This document shows positions 58,223 to 64,000 of a DNA stretch of 64,000 nt, one piece after another (positions within the stretch are counted from its first letter, which is position 1; the number at the start of each line of letters is the position of its first letter). A program made the translations under genes and the position numbers. Below the pieces are notes generated by a model, which did no database searches, was not told where the DNA came from, and worked only from the letters and a program-made list of their open reading frames with translations. This stretch comes from Bdellovibrionota bacterium (GTDB taxonomy: Bacteria; Bdellovibrionota; UBA1018; UBA923), in the NCBI GenBank assembly GCA_040754655.1, contig JBFMCE010000002.1, forward strand, positions 1 through 64,000, written 5' to 3'.

Positions 58223-60094
58223 ATGCACGATGATTTCGATCAGCTCTTACCGCTCTTGGAAACCGAATGGTTGGTTGCCGATCGCCAAGGCTTGTTTGCG
58301 ATGGGCACGGCGTCAGGAACCCGTACCCGCAAGTACCATTCTTTTCTTTCAAGCATCGCCGGACGGTTGGAAACCAACTTCCTGGCCCACCTTGATTTGA
58401 TTTGCAATGATCAGGGGCTTTGGACCCACGCCTATTCGTCTGAAAATCATTTTGTTCACCACCCGGAAGGTTACAAGCATCTTACAGGATTCAAAGCCGA
58501 GCCCTTCCCCGAATGGAGTTGGTCGCTTGAGGATGGCAAACTCTCAGCACTGCTGACTCCCCAAGACTCGGGCGGCTTTGAGCTGGCTCTGCTTTGGCGA
58601 GGCAAAAGGCCAGCGAATATCCTCGTTCGTCCGCTCTGGGCCATGCGCGCTCTGCACGAGCTTGGGAGCAAGCACGCCGAGCTTTATAAACGCCCTTCGG
58701 GTTATGAGTTTAGAACTCCAGAGACTGGCGCTTCTGTTTGGATCCACTGCTCTGATTCGCGGCTTGAATGGATCGAAAATGAAACGTGGTACCGCGGCTT
58801 CTTTTATCAGGAAGAGAAAGAACGCGGTTATGACGCGACAGAAGATCTTTTTTGCAAAGGCCACTTCGCCCTGAACTTGCCTGACGAAAAACAAGTTTCC
58901 TTTCGTTTCGACCTCAAACCCGATGCAGCTCCGTTGAAATCACCAAGCCCAAGGACGAAAGAGAAAGACGCCCTGCAAAGTTACGTCTTGAACAATCCTC
59001 CAGGCCTCGTCGCTGGTTTCCCATGGTTCGGTGAATGGGGCAGAGATACTTTCATCGCGTTGCCGGGCATTGCTGCCGGGCTCATGGAAAAAACCTCAAG
59101 CTCGAAAGAAGCGCGCGGCGTGGCCGAGTGGACCTTTGGGGTTCTTGAGAGATGGGGCAACTGGATCTTGACCCACCACATGCTCCCAAATCTGATTTCC
59201 AAAAATGGGCCTCAATGGAACTCAGCCGACGCCACCCTTTGGTGGATCCACTCGCTCTCGTCTCTCTGGGTTTTTGGAAGGACGGACAATAAATTCAAAC
59301 TATTCAATCAGATCAAAGACAGGTTCGTCGGGCTTCTTTCGTCTGCGATTGAGGCGATCGCAAATGGCAGGCATCGGCATTTGAAAGTGAATCCCGCAGG
59401 CCTCGTCGAAGTGTTGACGCCCCACTCTACTTGGATGGACGCGCAAGTCGATGAGTGCGCGGTCACGCCGAGAACGGGGTTGCTGCCTGAAATCAACGCA
59501 CTCTGGGTGCAAGCCGCGGCGCTCGAAGCAATTTGGCTTGGACGGCCGCTGGCGAGATGGATCCCGAAGGCCGCCTTGGAGATGCCTCAAGAAAGCAACC
59601 GACCCAATATCGTCTTCCTGCACAGCATACCGTTTGCACCTTCCTTGTTGATCCACGATAGGAAAAGTATGGAACGCGATGCTTCACTTCTGCGAAACGC
59701 ATTCTGGACTCCGGTGGGCCTGCGAACATTGGCCCCGGGCTCGCCGGATTATATCGCCATTTATGAAGGACCTCATTCAAAACGCGATCGATGTTACCAT
59801 CAAGGCCCCGCATGGGGTTGGTTGAAGGGGCACTTCGACATGGCGGACGAGCGATTTGATCGTTTTGAAATAGTTGAAAGCCAATCTCGAAGAAACACCT
59901 CTAAAAACGATTCGCAGCGGCGGCTTTCTACGATTGAAGGACATGTAGCGGAGCTCTATGACGCCGAGCCTCCATGGCGCCCGCGTGGCGCTCCGGCTCA
60001 GGCGTGGAGCCTTGCATGCGCCGAAGAAGCCAGGCTGCGTGTTCAATACAAATTTGACCAACACCTGTCGCAACTTCTTCAGGAGATCCCATGA
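58223..60094 (+). CDS. Glycogen debranching enzyme (amylo-alpha-1,6-glucosidase type)
   Basis: EWL...G.FAMGT...TRKYH, AGFPWFGEWGRDTFI, TWMDA, EINALW, YHQG, QAWS. Confidence 0.88.
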   Translation: MHDDFDQLLPLLETEWLVADRQGLFAMGTASGTRTRKYHSFLSSIAGRLETNFLAHLDLICNDQGLWTHAYSSENHFVHHPEGYKHLTGFKAEPFPEWSWSLEDGKLSALLTPQDSGGFELALLWRGKRPANILVRPLWAMRALHELGSKHAELYKRPSGYEFRTPETGASVWIHCSDSRLEWIENETWYRGFFYQEEKERGYDATEDLFCKGHFALNLPDEKQVSFRFDLKPDAAPLKSPSPRTKEKDALQSYVLNNPPGLVAGFPWFGEWGRDTFIALPGIAAGLMEKTSSSKEARGVAEWTFGVLERWGNWILTHHMLPNLISKNGPQWNSADATLWWIHSLSSLWVFGRTDNKFKLFNQIKDRFVGLLSSAIEAIANGRHRHLKVNPAGLVEVLTPHSTWMDAQVDECAVTPRTGLLPEINALWVQAAALEAIWLGRPLARWIPKAALEMPQESNRPNIVFLHSIPFAPSLLIHDRKSMERDASLLRNAFWTPVGLRTLAPGSPDYIAIYEGPHSKRDRCYHQGPAWGWLKGHFDMADERFDRFEIVESQSRRNTSKNDSQRRLSTIEGHVAELYDAEPPWRPRGAPAQAWSLACAEEARLRVQYKFDQHLSQLLQEIP

Positions 60095-61533
60095 GCGCAA
60101 GCGTAAGCGTGTCTTTCAAGAAACCCGTGCAAGTCTTAATGCTAGGATGGGAATACCCTCCGCGATTCGCCGGCGGGCTTGGCAAAGCGTGCTCGGGCCT
60201 TTCACAAGCGATGGCATCGCTCGGTTGCCAGATCACCTTCGTGCTGCCCACTTTCCCGAAACGCATCGTTGAATCGCACCTTCGCGTCGTGGGGGCGCGA
60301 GAGCTCTTAGTGGAATCAGGCTGGCCCAAGGAATTGCAGATCCACTCGCATGTGCAACGCGAGGCCGTGCAAAGCCCGGGCAACATCGTTCGGATCGAGA
60401 CTGAAGCGAAACTTTTTCCTTACGGAAAACATCCTACCGGGGAACTCCCCCCGAGCGTGTTGCGAATGCTGGGAGAAACATTTGAGCGCGTCACGAAAAA
60501 ACTTGGCGTAGAACGCCAGACGTTTCAAAAAGAGTGGGCCTCAACTGAGCCGGAACCTTACGTTCCCCCGCTCCCCAATCCAAGGAAAGAAGAGAAAGAA
60601 GAGATTTACGGCAGCAATATGTGGGAGGAAATCGAGCGCTATTGCTTCGCGGTCAGGCAGCTTGGCAAATCGCATGAGGTTGACGTTGTGCACGCCCACG
60701 ACTGGATGAGCTTTCCGGCCGCGCTCGAATACAAACGCATGAATCCGCGCGCGCCTGTCTTCATGCATGTTCACGCGACCGAATACGACAGGTCAGGTGA
60801 AAACGTGAATACCGACGTCTTTCGCGTAGAACGAGAAGGCTTTAGAGCCGCGACCCACATCTTCGCCGTCAGCAGGTACACCGCCGGGATCATAGAAAAG
60901 CTCTACGGAATCCCGCGAGAGAAGATAACCGTGGTCTACAACGCCCCCGATGAAGGCGCGAAACAGATGATCAGTAGTCCTAAAGCGCAGCGCAGCCCGC
61001 ATGTCGTGTTCTTAGGAAGGCTCACCTTTCAGAAAGGCCCCGACCATTTCCTGGAAGCCGCGAAAATGGTGATCGATGCGGCTCCGAAGCGCCTGGGCAA
61101 AGTGCAATTCATTTTCTGCGGAACAGGCGACATGCTCGATAAATTACGCTCGCAAGCCTTCCGCCTGGGAATCGAGGACCGGGTGCATTTCGCCGGATTC
61201 GTCGAGCCGCGCCACGTCGACCAGATCTTGATGAAATCACGGGTCCTTGTGATGCCAAGCGTTTCAGAACCCTTTGGCCTCGTAGCGCTTGAGGCCATCC
61301 ACTGCGGCATTCCCGTGATCTTGTCGAAGCAGTCGGGCGTAAGAGAGGTGTTGCACCGCGCGCTCCAGGTTGATTTTTGGGATCATGAAAAACTCGCCGA
61401 TCAGATCCTTGCAGCCCTGCGGCTCAAAGAACTTTCCCGGCAACTCGTAGACGAGGGCATGGAGCAAATACGCGCGCTAAGCTGGGAGAAATCAGCTCAC
61501 ACTGTCATCAACTCATACCGGAGATACCTATGA
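60091..61533 (+). CDS. GT4 glycosyltransferase (glycogen-synthase-like)
   Basis: GWEYPP..AGGLG, HAHDW, GRLTFQKG, SEPFG. Confidence 0.9.
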   Translation: MSASVSVSFKKPVQVLMLGWEYPPRFAGGLGKACSGLSQAMASLGCQITFVLPTFPKRIVESHLRVVGARELLVESGWPKELQIHSHVQREAVQSPGNIVRIETEAKLFPYGKHPTGELPPSVLRMLGETFERVTKKLGVERQTFQKEWASTEPEPYVPPLPNPRKEEKEEIYGSNMWEEIERYCFAVRQLGKSHEVDVVHAHDWMSFPAALEYKRMNPRAPVFMHVHATEYDRSGENVNTDVFRVEREGFRAATHIFAVSRYTAGIIEKLYGIPREKITVVYNAPDEGAKQMISSPKAQRSPHVVFLGRLTFQKGPDHFLEAAKMVIDAAPKRLGKVQFIFCGTGDMLDKLRSQAFRLGIEDRVHFAGFVEPRHVDQILMKSRVLVMPSVSEPFGLVALEAIHCGIPVILSKQSGVREVLHRALQVDFWDHEKLADQILAALRLKELSRQLVDEGMEQIRALSWEKSAHTVINSYRRYL

Positions 61534-62768
61534 CCAATCTTTGCTTCTACTTTCAGGTTCATCAACCATGGCGCCTGAGACATTACCGTTACGTGGAAGT
61601 GGGTCACAACCATGACTATTTCGATCATGACAAGAACGCCCAGGTCATGCGCAAAGTCGCCGACAAATGCTACCTCCCCATGAACAACCTCTTGCTCGAC
61701 TTGATCTCTGACCTCGATGGGAGCTTCAAAGCGAGTTTCTCGATCTCTGGCGTGTTCTTGCAGCAAGCGGAAGAATACGCCCCTGAGGTCATTCATTCCT
61801 TCAAGCGCCTCATCGAAACGGGATGCGTCGAGGTCTTGTCAGAAACATCGCACCATAGCCTGACCTCGCTCTTCAGCCCCGAAGAGTTTGTTGAACAAGT
61901 GAACATCCATCGCGAGTTGTGCTCGCGCCTGCTCAAGACCCCCGGAAAGACTTTTCGCAACACCGAATTGATCACGAGCAATGCGATCGCAAGCGAAGTG
62001 GCGAAGATGGGCTATAGAGCGATGTTGATGGAGGGAGCCGATCGCGTCCTAGGGTGGCGCAGCCCCTTGTTTGGTTATCACTTGAAAAACAGCCCGAATC
62101 TCTTGATGCTTTTGAAAAACTATCGTTTGAGCGATGACATCGCTTTTCGGTTTTCTGACCGGGGATGGGCGGAGTGGCCGCTGACCTCTGAGAAGTTCAC
62201 GCACTGGCTCAAGATGATCGAGCTTGAAAACCCAGTCTCAGCCAAGGGACAGGATCCGTTCGTGGGGCTTTTCATGGATTACGAGACTTTTGGCGAGCAC
62301 CAGTGGAAAAGCACGGGCATCTTTGACTTCATGCGCGCCCTCCCTTTGCGCCTTTTGGATACCGGTTCCGTTCGTTTCGTGACTCCATCGGAAGCCGCTG
62401 AAACCATGCAACCTAGCGCTGAGCTGGATGTGCATTCCCCTGTTTCTTGGGCAGACATAGAGAGAGACCTGTCGGCATGGGTTGGAAACCCGATCCAAGA
62501 CTCTGCAATCCGAGCCATTTACCGCCTGGAAGGGGCCGTCAAAAAAACGAAAGACGCATCACTGATTGAAACCTGGCGCAGGCTCACCACAAGCGACCAC
62601 TTCTACTACATGTGCACGAAATACTTCGCCGATGGGGACGTGCACAAGTACTTCAATCCTTATGAAAGCCCTTATGACGCTCATATTTATTTTATGAACA
62701 CGGTCGCCGACCTTGAACAACGCCTAGGCCTCGCCCCTGTGGAAGATGAAGAAAGGATACCGGCGTAA
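61530..62768 (+). CDS. GH57 alpha-amylase-like protein
   Basis: FQVHQP, FRNTEL, LSDDIAFRFS, MDYETFGEH, SDHFYYM. Confidence 0.93.
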   Translation: MTNLCFYFQVHQPWRLRHYRYVEVGHNHDYFDHDKNAQVMRKVADKCYLPMNNLLLDLISDLDGSFKASFSISGVFLQQAEEYAPEVIHSFKRLIETGCVEVLSETSHHSLTSLFSPEEFVEQVNIHRELCSRLLKTPGKTFRNTELITSNAIASEVAKMGYRAMLMEGADRVLGWRSPLFGYHLKNSPNLLMLLKNYRLSDDIAFRFSDRGWAEWPLTSEKFTHWLKMIELENPVSAKGQDPFVGLFMDYETFGEHQWKSTGIFDFMRALPLRLLDTGSVRFVTPSEAAETMQPSAELDVHSPVSWADIERDLSAWVGNPIQDSAIRAIYRLEGAVKKTKDASLIETWRRLTTSDHFYYMCTKYFADGDVHKYFNPYESPYDAHIYFMNTVADLEQRLGLAPVEDEERIPA

Positions 62769-62771
62769 GCT

Positions 62772-64000
62772 ATGAGTTGGGAGACGCGCCCACCCGGGGA
62801 AGTTCTTTTAGGAAATGGCAGGCTTCTAACCGTGCTTGACGGCTTCGGTGAGATTGACCAACTCTTTTCACCTCACATCGATGCGTTACAGGGCCGCTTG
62901 AGCAGTTTTCGCACTCATGTCTTGATTCCCCATCCTTCCGGCTCTTCACCTGAGATGATCGTGGTGGGTCCGGACGCTTTCGACATCAGGTTGCACCTGA
63001 TGAACGGCGGGCAGATCTTAAAAACAGAGTATCACCATAAAAGCAGGCCGCTCAAATTGATCCGCACTCTGGCGATCCATCCGGTAGATGCGTGCCTGCT
63101 TGATTCGTGGCAAGTGCTTGGCGAGAGCGCGGGCCTGATCCACTCTTCAGTGCCTTGGATGGGAACCGCGACCGCTGGTCACTGCTCGCTCTACCATCCC
63201 ATCTTCAATGGCCTGGTTCATCACCGAGGCAGGCGCTGGCTTGCCATTGTCGGGCGCAAGACGGCCCACTGGGTTCGCGTGGGGCATCTTCCTGAGAGCG
63301 ATCGACGCCGGATGTGGGATGGGGAGAAAGTCTGGGTTCCGGTCGGGGCAGGCGACCTGCACGGCTATCCGGGGCAACCTGTCGTGATGGGTTGGGACCA
63401 CGTGGTTCAAGGCCCCGCGACTTTCGGGGCACTCGCCATGCCGCCCGTGAATGCCGGTGAGTGCATTGATTTCTTCATCGTCGGCGCTGAAAGCGAAGCA
63501 AGCTTGCACACGCTTCTGCAACGAACGCGCTTGATCGAAACTCCTCGTTTCGTGAACATGGTTGAGCGCTTTTCGATGCGCAACCTCGATCCTGCGATGC
63601 CACTCTTGTCTAAGATCCAAAACCCCCACGTGCAATCGCTTGCACAGAGATCAATTGAAGTCTTGCTCGCATTGCAAGACGGAGAAACGGGCGCACTCAT
63701 CGCCGCGGCCGAAGCAGATCCCCATTCTCGCGTGTCAGGCGGCTACGGTTACAGCTGGCCTCGCGACGGCGCTTATCTCGCAAGCGCGCTTGGAGCCTAT
63801 GGTTACCGTGACAGGGTTGAAAAGTATTTCGAGTTCTTGAAAAACACCCAAGACCTTTCGACAGGCGCATGGTTTCAGCGCTATCTTGCCACGGGACATG
63901 CCGGTCCCAGTTGGGGCCGAATCCAAATCGACGAACCCGCCACCGTGATTGGCGCAGCTTGGATGCATTATCGAAACACCCAAGATCTTTATTGGCTCGA
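62772..64000 (+). CDS. GH15 glucoamylase-like protein, partial (runs off window end)
   Basis: ATG 62772 in frame with GALIAA...GYGYSWPRDG and QIDE. Confidence 0.88.
   Translation, partial: MSWETRPPGEVLLGNGRLLTVLDGFGEIDQLFSPHIDALQGRLSSFRTHVLIPHPSGSSPEMIVVGPDAFDIRLHLMNGGQILKTEYHHKSRPLKLIRTLAIHPVDACLLDSWQVLGESAGLIHSSVPWMGTATAGHCSLYHPIFNGLVHHRGRRWLAIVGRKTAHWVRVGHLPESDRRRMWDGEKVWVPVGAGDLHGYPGQPVVMGWDHVVQGPATFGALAMPPVNAGECIDFFIVGAESEASLHTLLQRTRLIETPRFVNMVERFSMRNLDPAMPLLSKIQNPHVQSLAQRSIEVLLALQDGETGALIAAAEADPHSRVSGGYGYSWPRDGAYLASALGAYGYRDRVEKYFEFLKNTQDLSTGAWFQRYLATGHAGPSWGRIQIDEPATVIGAAWMHYRNTQDLYWL

Noticed and set aside
58223..64000. Debranching enzyme-GT4-GH57-GH15 operon as a novel system
   Set aside because: A known alpha-glucan gene cluster arrangement

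Overview
Bacterial chromosomal window of about 50% GC. The many orphan secreted proteins and the gene set suggest Bdellovibrionota/Oligoflexia (inference only). Recognisable genes: M61 aminopeptidase, neutral ceramidase, ThrE exporter, OPT transporter, srkA/rdoA kinase, GlpT-like MFS, typA, tRNA-Glu(TTC), proBAC, two PAS histidine kinases, two GT-C glycosyltransferases and an alpha-glucan operon (debranching enzyme, GT4, GH57, GH15). The most unusual structure is a 750-bp, almost wholly palindromic cassette (24820-25599) between two convergent housekeeping genes. It holds two divergent four-helix-bundle (23S rRNA IVP/Avd-like) paralogues, a perfect 30-bp central inverted repeat containing both ribosome-binding sites, imperfect terminal inverted repeats and a perfect 30-bp flanking direct repeat. 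Other points of interest: a RAYT-like HUH transposase with a microsatellite in its reading frame and simple repeats around it; about nine sigma54-type -24/-12 motifs, several ahead of general-stress genes; a triplet of divergent four-cysteine coiled-coil secreted paralogues next to a beta-barrel gene; a nucleotidyltransferase-BON/metallophosphoesterase pair; and a tRNA-adjacent small protein/nucleotidyltransferase module. All family calls come from motifs read by eye; no searches were run.
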